Positions 8,765 through 16,502 of a stretch of DNA of 64,000 bases are shown here, one piece after another; the stretch's first letter is position 1; each line of letters begins with the position of its first letter. The stretch is from a virus. The notes beneath the pieces are model-generated. The model worked only from the letters and a program-made list of their open reading frames with translations, did not search any database and was not told the DNA's origin. The stretch lies in IMG/VR virus record IMGVR_UViG_3300009008_000003; one strand, written 5' to 3'. The position numbers and the translations under genes are program-made.

Positions 8765-9290
8765 AACATATTGGGAGCTTATGACGAAGAGAGCAGCTTA
8801 CGACGATAAACGTGGTAGGTACTTTATAGCAATCCCCACCATATCAGGTGGACCAGAACACATGACAATAAAATTTTTGGGGGACTTAACTGGCAGTCAA
8901 GTAGACAAAGTTAAACTCCAAATGGAAGATATAAACAAAATACAAAAAATGCCATTGGTTAGTGAAGGCGTTGGGATACTTGGTAGAAAAAATTTATTTA
9001 TGGTTAATTTTATTGAAGATAAGGACAAACGTCTAAAAGATCTTTTTAATATTTTTAATAATAAAAAATCACCTATCACGCCACACGTAACTTCGTTCAA
9101 GGTAAAAACACCTACACCGCCTTCAGGATATAATTCTGGCGGTATGCGACCAATGGATACTATATTAGCAGATAAAGTGGTACTATATAAGACATTAGGT
9201 GCCTACAAATACAAATCGGTACATGAAGTTGTGCTTAAAAAAAGAACCCCCTGGACTTGGATAAAGGACAGATTTGCAAATTGGGTGTAA
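8754..9290 (+). CDS. 2H phosphoesterase (LigT/Acb1-like) with TYWELMTKRAA leader
   Basis: Two HxT motifs: PEHMTIKFLG and TPHVTSF. Confidence 0.75.
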   Translation: MSTRTYWELMTKRAAYDDKRGRYFIAIPTISGGPEHMTIKFLGDLTGSQVDKVKLQMEDINKIQKMPLVSEGVGILGRKNLFMVNFIEDKDKRLKDLFNIFNNKKSPITPHVTSFKVKTPTPPSGYNSGGMRPMDTILADKVVLYKTLGAYKYKSVHEVVLKKRTPWTWIKDRFANWV

Positions 9291-9302
9291 AACTATTATA
9301 AT
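9274..9302 (+). promoter_or_regulatory. Sigma70-type promoter for the head morphogenesis genes
   Basis: TTGCAA-17 nt-TATAAT upstream of the GAGG RBS and ATG 9335. Confidence 0.6.
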
Positions 9303-9334
9303 CTATTTGTAATATTTTAATTCGAGGAAAAACA

Positions 9335-10072
9335 ATGGTAACACAAGCAGAATATGCAGAGTATGGTAAAAAGGCTGCTCGTAGCTATATTGATGAACAG
9401 GTACCGCTACACGACTCCCTTGTGAAGGTAGCTGAGGATTTGCAATTAAATAGACACGAGATTGACAGGCTTGTAGAGGAGGCCAACACAGCTACATATG
9501 TCAAGTTATTCGAGAATACTGTTGAGGATGATAAGTATATTGAGTTTCCTGTAGCAGAGGCGGAAAAGGTAGCAGAAGCTATTGAGCCTAAAATAGTATT
9601 TTCTAAAGTGGCTAGTTTTTCCGAGGATTATAATTCTCCGCCAGAGGAAGACGGACCTACCGATGATGAGACTATAAAAGCTATATTTGGTAATCCAGAA
9701 TCTCAGGAAATAGAAAAAACCGCAGAGATTATAGATCATGTTTCTATTGATAAGAAACGAGCTCTTAGAACTCAAATGCATGAGTTAACTTATCATTTTG
9801 ATGACAAGTCAGAGCAATTTATAGACTTTGTTAAGAAGGCCGCTTTCAACGGTGTTGATCCCGATTCATTAGGAGCTGCTATCAAAACACATGTTGATAG
9901 TAATATTATTGATTCTCTTATTGATCAGGCTAAACAACGCATTAATCCTTCGGACAGTTTAGATAAGGTTGCGTCTTTGCCAGAGACAACCGGCGTAGTC
10001 TTGTTAGCTTCAGAGCTTGTAAGTGTAGCAAAAAAATACGTTAACTTGAGGGGTAGCCAGAATGACAACTAA
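9335..10072 (+). CDS. Head morphogenesis-region protein rich in K-x-A motifs
   Basis: VKVAE, EKVAE, SKVAS, EKTAE, KKAAF, DKVAS; lies upstream of the protease. Confidence 0.6.
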   Translation: MVTQAEYAEYGKKAARSYIDEQVPLHDSLVKVAEDLQLNRHEIDRLVEEANTATYVKLFENTVEDDKYIEFPVAEAEKVAEAIEPKIVFSKVASFSEDYNSPPEEDGPTDDETIKAIFGNPESQEIEKTAEIIDHVSIDKKRALRTQMHELTYHFDDKSEQFIDFVKKAAFNGVDPDSLGAAIKTHVDSNIIDSLIDQAKQRINPSDSLDKVASLPETTGVVLLASELVSVAKKYVNLRGSQNDN

Positions 10073-10679
10073 CGATTTTATAGAACAGTATAAGCAAGGA
10101 AATATACCTAAAAGCACCATAATTAAAATGGCTGCTCTTAAGGGCGAAATTGAAAAGCTGGCTGAAGACTCAAGGATGCCTAAAAGTTGGGGAGGGTTTA
10201 AAGGTTCGGCTAAACAGCTTGGGTACATAGCTTTAATCTCTGCTTTAGCTGGCGGTGTAATGACGGCCGGAGCCAAAGGATTAGAGAAGCTTGACGAGAA
10301 GTTGTTTGATGACAAACGCAAATTAAAAGCGTTTAAAGATATGACATCTAAATTTCCAGAGTTACTAAGAGATAACGATAAGAAAGCTGTTGTTGATTAT
10401 TTCTCTTCTTTATGGCATTTTTCACCTCATATAGCTAATGACCCCATGGCGGCGAGATCATATATTAAGCATGCACTTACCTTACATGAAGTGGGCGGTC
10501 CTACTTATATGACTTATAAAGATTTGATTTCTGCCCAAGAAAAAGCAGGGAAAACAAAAGACGCCGGACCTCTTAATACAGCAATGCAGTTTCCGCTTGC
10601 ACAAGTACAGCAATTCAGCGGACCTTTTGATAAATATGATTATTATGGACAACCAAACGTTAGTCTATCAGGCTCATAA
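10062..10679 (+). CDS. Head-region hypothetical protein with K-x-A motifs and one hydrophobic segment
   Basis: IKMAA, EKLAE; LGYIALISALAGGVMTAGA. Confidence 0.55.
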   Translation: MTTNDFIEQYKQGNIPKSTIIKMAALKGEIEKLAEDSRMPKSWGGFKGSAKQLGYIALISALAGGVMTAGAKGLEKLDEKLFDDKRKLKAFKDMTSKFPELLRDNDKKAVVDYFSSLWHFSPHIANDPMAARSYIKHALTLHEVGGPTYMTYKDLISAQEKAGKTKDAGPLNTAMQFPLAQVQQFSGPFDKYDYYGQPNVSLSGS

Positions 10680-12391
10680 TGTTAAAACAACCAGAATATG
10701 AATTACATGACTTAGGTGTAAGCGTTGAGCTTCTCGACGTAGGCGGAATTGCGCCTTTGGAGAAAACGGCCGAGATGTCAACCGATCTTCAAACCGCTAT
10801 TTCTGCTATAAAGCCTACTTCTGGTAAAGTATATATTTTAGTTAACGCTCTGGGTGCTGGTGAATACTATGGCAGTAATAGAAACGGTGATTACTTTCCG
10901 GAAAGAGTTCTTAAACAATATCATAAAACATTTGAAGCCTTAGCCAGAGTATACAAGCACCATAAAAACAAAGATCCTCTTAGAAGTTATGGTAAACCTG
11001 TATTTAGCCATTACAATGACAGCATGCACCGTGTAGAGCTTATACTTGAAATAGACAAGGGCAAAGATCCTAGAATAGAACAAAAAATCAAAGATGGAGA
11101 CATTAAGGTTTCCATGGGAGCCAAGGTGCCGTTTGATATTTGTTCTATATGCGGTCATAAGTCCAGAAAGATGTCTGAATACTGTGAGCATTTACGCAGG
11201 CCGGTTCTTAATAGCACATTGTCTGACGGGCGTAAAGCGTACGCCATAAATACACAACCTAAATTTTTTGATATTTCTATTGTAACCATCCCAGCCGATA
11301 AAACAGCTTTCATGATGAAGAAGGTTGCATCTGCTGAGGTAGCTATGCCTTCAGTTGAAATTGCTCATGAACTATTTAAACGGGCTAGAGTTAAAGAAGC
11401 GGAAATAGAAAAAGAGATAGAAGGCGAACCAATTGCCGTAGACACAGATCCTAAAAAATTGGTATATGAATCACAAGACGAAATACCGAAAAAAGAATTA
11501 CTTGCTCTTGTAGATAAGTATGGTGCAGAGAATTTATTACGCGGATTGGCAGAGCTCCACATAATGCCAAAGCCTGTTGATTTTCAGCGCATAGTATTAC
11601 ATAAGAACAAGATGTTTGATTTGCTAGAGCAGCTTGAAAACGCAAAAAGAGTATTTCCTGTATTACCAGATATGGAAGAATCTCCATTCGAGTGTTCTAG
11701 AGATTCTTTACCCCATAGTTTATATAATGATATAGCCCCGTATGTACCAGATCGCGCGCTGTCCAAGCCATTAATAATTATTCGTATAATGAAAAAATAT
11801 GCGCAATATGGCCCTCAGATGCCGGAAAATGTATTTACACCGTATTCTAAGAATGAGCTTGCACAGATGGAGAGAGGTTCTCATGTGCGCACGCCTATAT
11901 ATAAAAACCCGGCTCTACCGTTGATAGGTTTGGGTGCTATGTATTTGGGGTATTCAAAATATTTTAAGAAAGCTATCAACCGCGGGAAGCTTGAAAAAAA
12001 GTTTCTTTCTAAGCCGTGGATGTTTCCATTAGTTGCTTTTGGTATCGGCGCCGGTGCAATAGGTGCCCAAAAATTACATGAGGCCAGGCTCAGTGAGATG
12101 GCTAATATGAAAAAATATGCCGCAACTAATTATTTGACTGGTCTGTTAGTATCTTTACCCGCTACGTATTATACGTCTTACAATGTCGGGGCCAAGAAAA
12201 GATATGGCCAACCTGTTGGAACTATAGAAAATACAGTGGCTAAGCATCCACTAATAACCGGCGCAATGGTCGGAACGGGAGCAGCAGCTCTTATGAAAAG
12301 GCTTACAAAAGTGGCTTCAGCTTCGCATCTGACAGAGCTAGAACCACACGAATTAGACGAATTGTATAAAAAACTTGTACTTAGAACTTGA
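10679..12391 (+). CDS. Prohead (capsid maturation) serine protease with C-terminal extension
   Basis: GEYYGSNRNGDYF...HHKNK...VSMGAKVPFDICSICG...FFDISIVTIPAD pattern; position upstream of scaffolds and MCP. Confidence 0.7.
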   Translation: MLKQPEYELHDLGVSVELLDVGGIAPLEKTAEMSTDLQTAISAIKPTSGKVYILVNALGAGEYYGSNRNGDYFPERVLKQYHKTFEALARVYKHHKNKDPLRSYGKPVFSHYNDSMHRVELILEIDKGKDPRIEQKIKDGDIKVSMGAKVPFDICSICGHKSRKMSEYCEHLRRPVLNSTLSDGRKAYAINTQPKFFDISIVTIPADKTAFMMKKVASAEVAMPSVEIAHELFKRARVKEAEIEKEIEGEPIAVDTDPKKLVYESQDEIPKKELLALVDKYGAENLLRGLAELHIMPKPVDFQRIVLHKNKMFDLLEQLENAKRVFPVLPDMEESPFECSRDSLPHSLYNDIAPYVPDRALSKPLIIIRIMKKYAQYGPQMPENVFTPYSKNELAQMERGSHVRTPIYKNPALPLIGLGAMYLGYSKYFKKAINRGKLEKKFLSKPWMFPLVAFGIGAGAIGAQKLHEARLSEMANMKKYAATNYLTGLLVSLPATYYTSYNVGAKKRYGQPVGTIENTVAKHPLITGAMVGTGAAALMKRLTKVASASHLTELEPHELDELYKKLVLRT

Positions 12392-12415
12392 CAATATACA
12401 TATACATATTACATT
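12388..12415 (+). promoter_or_regulatory. Sigma70-type promoter for the scaffold/capsid operon
   Basis: TTGACA-16 nt-TACATT, followed by the AGGAGG RBS before ATG 12469. Confidence 0.55.
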
Positions 12416-12468
12416 ACTAATGTTAAACGTTAATTAAATAACTGTTTATTTAACAGGAGGTTTTTAAA

Positions 12469-12993
12469 ATGGCTTTAGATTTACAAGAAGTTCTATCTAG
12501 TTTATCGTCAAAAACTAATCCAGAAGATAATTTTTTCGCCAAGCTTGCTGAAGATAATGAAGCTGCAGCAGAGCCGGTACAAGAACAAGATTTGGAAAAA
12601 ATTGCTGAGTTAGAGAATTTAGGACGTGAATTTGGAAGAGCTTTTGCAGAGGACCTGGAAAAGGTTGCTGTTGGTAAGGTTGGCATGACACCAGAAACTG
12701 GTGCTCCAATGAACCCAGCGGTAGCAATGCCAGCAAACAATGCGGATGTTAATCCTGAAGTATTAGCTCAAGTTATGGCACTGATTAACCAAGCAGCAAG
12801 CGGTGTTGGACAAACAGGTTCATTAGTCGCAGGGTCTGTAGGTGGGGTAGGGGCAGCAACTCCTCAAGCACCGGCAGCTCCGGACCAGTATCCGATTGCA
12901 GCTGACGCCATAGGAACTGTTGGACGTGAAAAAACGGCCGCGGATCGTGTAGTTGGTACCATTTGGGAAAATTACTTCGGAGGTGAAGAATAA
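12469..12993 (+). CDS. Acidic scaffold/internal head protein with K-x-A motifs
   Basis: AKLAE, EKIAE, EKVAV, EKTAA; strong RBS. Confidence 0.6.
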   Translation: MALDLQEVLSSLSSKTNPEDNFFAKLAEDNEAAAEPVQEQDLEKIAELENLGREFGRAFAEDLEKVAVGKVGMTPETGAPMNPAVAMPANNADVNPEVLAQVMALINQAASGVGQTGSLVAGSVGGVGAATPQAPAAPDQYPIAADAIGTVGREKTAADRVVGTIWENYFGGEE

Positions 12994-13283
12994 TGACTGG
13001 ACTATTAGACCTTTACGAAAACATGACGAAAGAAGCAGAAGTTTCTCAAGAGCAAGTTGTTGCTGACCAAGAACGCGTTGAGGTTATTGAGAAGTATGCG
13101 AGTTTCGCGGAAGATGCTTTGGTAGAAAATGGCGAACAATACACAGAGGATGACGTAATTAAGCTTGCCTGTGCGATGATTGACCATGATCTCGAAGTAG
13201 AAGACAATATGGAAAAAGTGGCCGAATTAGACGAAGCGGGAAGAATTATGGCGCGTGCTTTTCTATCCGAATTACAGGGATAA
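12993..13283 (+). CDS. Acidic scaffold-like protein with K-x-A motifs
   Basis: TKEAE, EKYAS, IKLAC, EKVAE; EKVAELDEAGRIMARAF resembles EKIAELENLGREFGRAF in the 12469 ORF. Confidence 0.6.
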   Translation: MTGLLDLYENMTKEAEVSQEQVVADQERVEVIEKYASFAEDALVENGEQYTEDDVIKLACAMIDHDLEVEDNMEKVAELDEAGRIMARAFLSELQG

Positions 13284-13312
13284 GAAAAAGCTGAATAATT
13301 CTGAGGTATAAG

Positions 13313-13693
13313 ATGGCCAATTTACAAGAGATATTAGAGGCATCCGACATTCAAACCAATCTTGACTTTGGTGATGGCCATGTTAAGGTTGCAGAGGAGT
13401 CTGCTGATACTTCTGTGAATTTAGATAAGGATTCGATAGAGAAATTAGCCGAAGTTTTGGATGCTTTGGGCGAAGAGGATTCTATCATTGATGAGATGGC
13501 TAAAATAGCTGTTTTAAAAGATATGTTAGATGTATCGGAGCTTACAGAAGATGATAAAACAATGCTGAAAGAAGCTGGGTTAATTTTACCTCCTTTTGCC
13601 GATAGAGAGCCAGATCTTAATCGTTTTAAGTATCTAGCCGAAAGGCTGGCTGATGGCGAAGCACTTTTACCTGCGGGGGAAAGTAATGAATAA
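13313..13693 (+). CDS. Acidic scaffold-like protein with K-x-A motifs
   Basis: VKVAE, EKLAE, AKIAV, LKEAG. Confidence 0.55.
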   Translation: MANLQEILEASDIQTNLDFGDGHVKVAEESADTSVNLDKDSIEKLAEVLDALGEEDSIIDEMAKIAVLKDMLDVSELTEDDKTMLKEAGLILPPFADREPDLNRFKYLAERLADGEALLPAGESNE

Positions 13694-14012
13694 TCGTGAA
13701 ATCCTTAAACAGGCAGCTGCTACTCTTCGTGGACTTTCAGGTAGAGTAGAACAGTTAGAGGCAGAGAAACATGTTTTTGACAAAGCACTTTCTCTTACTT
13801 CTAAGCTTATAGACGAGGGTCAAATATCTTCGGGTAAAGCTCTTGAAAAATTAGCTGAACTTAGAGACGAGACCTTAGATGATTTGGTTACGTTGGGCAA
13901 GGCAATCGAACTTACTAAAAACTCCGACTTTCAGGTAAAACTGGGAGAAGTTGCGGATGAAAACAGTAAAGATGGCAATGATCCTCTAACCAGTTTTTTA
14001 CTAGGCGACTAA
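13686..14012 (+). CDS. Coiled-coil capsid scaffolding protein
   Basis: Heptad pattern ending in DPLTSFLLGD; ATG 13686 overlaps the upstream stop region; two genes before MCP. Confidence 0.55.
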   Translation: MNNREILKQAAATLRGLSGRVEQLEAEKHVFDKALSLTSKLIDEGQISSGKALEKLAELRDETLDDLVTLGKAIELTKNSDFQVKLGEVADENSKDGNDPLTSFLLGD

Positions 14013-14040
14013 ACTAAAATAATATTTTGGAGGTTAAAAA

Positions 14041-14484
14041 ATGTTAAAACTTCAAACTGATCTAAATTTAATAGATCGTTTTGATGCGACTGTTATTGCA
14101 GCAGGTTCGGGTTATGACATTCTTACCAGCGGTTATCAAGGTATGTGGGCTACTCCTGCCGCAACGGGGTGGGATCTTGCTCAACAGGGCGAACATCCGG
14201 CATACTTAATTTGGACCGAAGGTAATTATGATGGAACAACCGAGTCAATCGGGTTTACCCCAGATGCTACAAATACAACTAAACTTACTTTCTTAGGTGG
14301 TAAGTTCCGTATTAAAACAAACATGTTTACGGGAACACCAACAGCTGGTCAACCTTTACAGGTTGGGGCGACTGGTGGTAAATTAACTGTTGTTTCAGAT
14401 GTAGAAACCTTAGCTAGTGGCCTTGTAGCCCATTGCTTAGAGACTACAGATGCTGATGGTTACATAACAATTCAAACACTTTAA
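14041..14484 (+). CDS. Capsid decoration/cement protein (putative)
   Basis: 147-aa Gly/Thr-rich beta protein immediately before MCP; GGAGG RBS. Confidence 0.5.
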   Translation: MLKLQTDLNLIDRFDATVIAAGSGYDILTSGYQGMWATPAATGWDLAQQGEHPAYLIWTEGNYDGTTESIGFTPDATNTTKLTFLGGKFRIKTNMFTGTPTAGQPLQVGATGGKLTVVSDVETLASGLVAHCLETTDADGYITIQTL

Positions 14485-14499
14485 TAGGAGGTACATAAT

Positions 14500-15426
14500 A
14501 TGTCTTATGATGTTGATCCTAAAGTCCTTACTGAGTTATTCTTAACTAAGATGGACACAGACATGGAAAAGACAGCTGCAGAGGCTGGTGCCTTCGTACG
14601 TATGAGATTACGTGAACTTTCGTTCATGCGTAAAATCATGCAACCGGAGTATGTGACCGCAGCGGACTGTCAACGTTCCGTGAACCATGACCAATTGGTC
14701 AAAATCGTGGATAAGGAACCCAATTCAACAGCGCAGGCGTTGAATTTCCGTGGTAAACCAAATGCCAATTATGTAACAGGCGAACGTTACGAGATTTCTT
14801 TCTATATGATCAGCTCGGATGATTTCCAGAAGACCGAGGAAGAATTACTTGCATACGAAATGCCTATTACAGACGTTATCGAAAGAAACTCTGTAAAAGA
14901 TATCCAGAAAATTGAAGACACCAAATTCATGGAAACTATTTCTGGTATTTGCTCAGGGACAGGCGGAAAAGAAGACACAATTGCTGTAGCATCTGGCACA
15001 GCTCTTAATCCTATTCCACCTAGTGTATTTAGACAAGGATTTAACTTGTTAGAAGAAACAAGTGGATCCTCACCTCACTACACTGATTTGATTCTTATGA
15101 ATCAATCCGATTACAATAAACTTATTGAGTGGAACAGTTCTCAGGTTGGCGATTCAATTGCTAACGAGATCACTATCAATGGTTTTACTTACCCAACACT
15201 GTTTGGTAAAAAAGTAATCTCTACCATTAAGGGAGAACTAGTACCAGAAAACGATCTTTACTTCTTCGCTCCAAAAGAATACTTAGGGCACGCTTATATT
15301 CTAGGCGATACTAAATTCTGGATCAAGAAAGAAAAGAATCTAGTCACCTGGGCTGCTTACGAGTTCATTGGTGTAGGTATTGGTAACATTAATGGAGTTG
15401 CAAGAATAACATATTCTGTAACATAA
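14500..15426 (+). CDS. Major capsid protein (HK97-fold, putative)
   Basis: 308 aa, AGGAGG RBS, synteny protease-scaffold-decoration-MCP-terminator; EKTAA near the N-terminus. Confidence 0.75.
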   Translation: MSYDVDPKVLTELFLTKMDTDMEKTAAEAGAFVRMRLRELSFMRKIMQPEYVTAADCQRSVNHDQLVKIVDKEPNSTAQALNFRGKPNANYVTGERYEISFYMISSDDFQKTEEELLAYEMPITDVIERNSVKDIQKIEDTKFMETISGICSGTGGKEDTIAVASGTALNPIPPSVFRQGFNLLEETSGSSPHYTDLILMNQSDYNKLIEWNSSQVGDSIANEITINGFTYPTLFGKKVISTIKGELVPENDLYFFAPKEYLGHAYILGDTKFWIKKEKNLVTWAAYEFIGVGIGNINGVARITYSVT

Positions 15427-15470
15427 TAATAAATCCCCGATCCGTCGGTTTATATACATTCACTCCCTTT

Positions 15471-15500
15471 AAAAACCCCGGGCATATGTCTGGGGTTTTT
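15471..15500 (+). terminator. Rho-independent terminator after MCP (symmetrical, possibly bidirectional)
   Basis: AAAAACCCCGGGC-ATAT-GTCTGGGGTTTTT. Confidence 0.8.
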
Positions 15501-15504
15501 ATGG

Positions 15505-15810
15505 TAAAAATGGAATCCGAGGATTCCTTTTGGTCGCCAACCTAAGCCTTCTGCTACTGAGGCTTACCCGTAGGGCCTTACGGGGAGTGTCCTTAACCTG
15601 CAGGACTAGGTGCCGCCAAAGACGGCAAATGCTGGCGTGCGTATTACTTGCCCCGGCAGTAGCTTTTAATACCGGAGGGTTTGCATGAGTCTAGGTACAT
15701 ACAAACCAATTGTTTTGTTAAACTATGAGGCCTTCCTAGAATACCACATAACCACCGTTTTCATACCTGTCAGCAGCGCAGGTAGAAAATAGCCTAAACT
15801 ATCCTCTATT
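15505..15810 (-). ncRNA. Putative ~300-nt structured RNA of unknown class
   Basis: No ORF; at least seven stems (ACCTG/CAGGT, TCTAGG/CCTAGA, TGCCGTC-TTT-GGCGGCA, GTCCT/AGGAC, CCCGTA/TACGGG, TAAGCCT/AGGCTTA, GGAATC/GATTCC plus T tract). A G-U pair favours the minus strand. Confidence 0.5.
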
Positions 15811-15832
15811 CTTCTTATACCACAAATAGGGT

Positions 15833-15860
15833 AAAAAAGAGCACCTAACTAGCGTGCTCT
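15833..15860 (-). terminator. Rho-independent terminator
   Basis: Minus strand AGAGCAC-GCTAGTTAG-GTGCTCT-TTTTT. Confidence 0.7.
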
Positions 15861-15920
15861 TATACCTGCGCGAAGCCCCCTAACGGCTGGACTCATGCCC
15901 GGGCTCGTTACGGTAATACC

Positions 15921-15953
15921 AAAAAAAAGGGCCAACTATGGAGCTTGGCCCTT
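15921..15953 (-). terminator. Rho-independent terminator
   Basis: Minus strand AAGGGCCAA-GCTCCATAG-TTGGCCCTT plus T tract. Confidence 0.8.
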
Positions 15954-16150
15954 GTCGAGCGCCAGATGGAAGTGGCACTTTCCATGCAGGAAGGTTTCTC
16001 TGTGCAATGAAATATGAAAAGAATAAATTGAACCCAGCCTTTATATGGCTGTTCTCTGCCTAGAGGCGATCTAGGCTTACCGGGACTTAGAGTCGTATAT
16101 GGCCAGTATTCGCGGGGGTCGTTCCCTCTTCCGCTCAACGACTGCTCAAT
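15950..16150 (-). ncRNA. Putative ~200-nt multibranch structured RNA of unknown class
   Basis: Closing stem TTGAGC/GCTCGA; internal stems AGTCGT/ACGACT enclosing GCGG-GGG/CCC-CCGC, GCCTAGA/TCTAGGC, AGCC/GGCT, ATGGAA/TTCCAT; followed directly by a terminator. Confidence 0.5.
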
Positions 16151-16181
16151 CTATTCCTATTGTTTATAAAAACTAATCAAC

Positions 16182-16211
16182 AAAAAAAAGAACCGCCCGT
16201 TAAGGCGGTTC
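16182..16211 (-). terminator. Rho-independent terminator
   Basis: Minus strand GAACCGCC-TTAACG-GGCGGTTC plus T8. Confidence 0.8.
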
Positions 16212-16364
16212 ATAGGAGTACTTAAAGCAACGAATCCACAATCAGAAACCAGCAGATCAACGAGCGAAGAGGCAAACGGTTAAGAGGTACAAGAAAAGGA
16301 TCTTATATGTATGGAAAAGACGTCATGTATAACCTGTTTTACATACTTCTTATACCATAAAACC

Positions 16365-16393
16365 TTGACTTTTGTACCCCATTTTTGTATATT
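16365..16393 (+). promoter_or_regulatory. Sigma70-type promoter for hsp20
   Basis: TTGACT-17 nt-TATATT. Confidence 0.65.
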
Positions 16394-16502
16394 ATATGTG
16401 TACTGTGGTTTTCATGGTTGCCTCCTTTCGGTTTGAGGGTCTCGTTGGTGGGGCCCTCTTTCACTTTCGTAAAGTGTGAATAAATAATAAGTTAAGGAAA
16501 TT

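Noticed and set aside
15505-15810. RNase P RNA assignment
   Set aside because: End motifs are only similar; no complement for the P4 helix was found, so it is kept as an unknown RNA.
15860-15920. Twister or pistol ribozyme resemblance (CCCCCTAAC...ATGCCCGG; ...CTTCGCGCAGGT)
   Set aside because: The required P1 and pseudoknot pairings could not be formed on either strand.
15908-16138. 76-aa minus-strand ORF
   Set aside because: TTG start without RBS, runs through a strong terminator, and coincides with dense RNA stems.
16391-16430. Minus-strand AAGGAGG-ATG minigene MKTTVHI
   Set aside because: Only 7 codons and it overlaps the plus-strand promoter. It cannot be excluded but is not supportable as a CDS.
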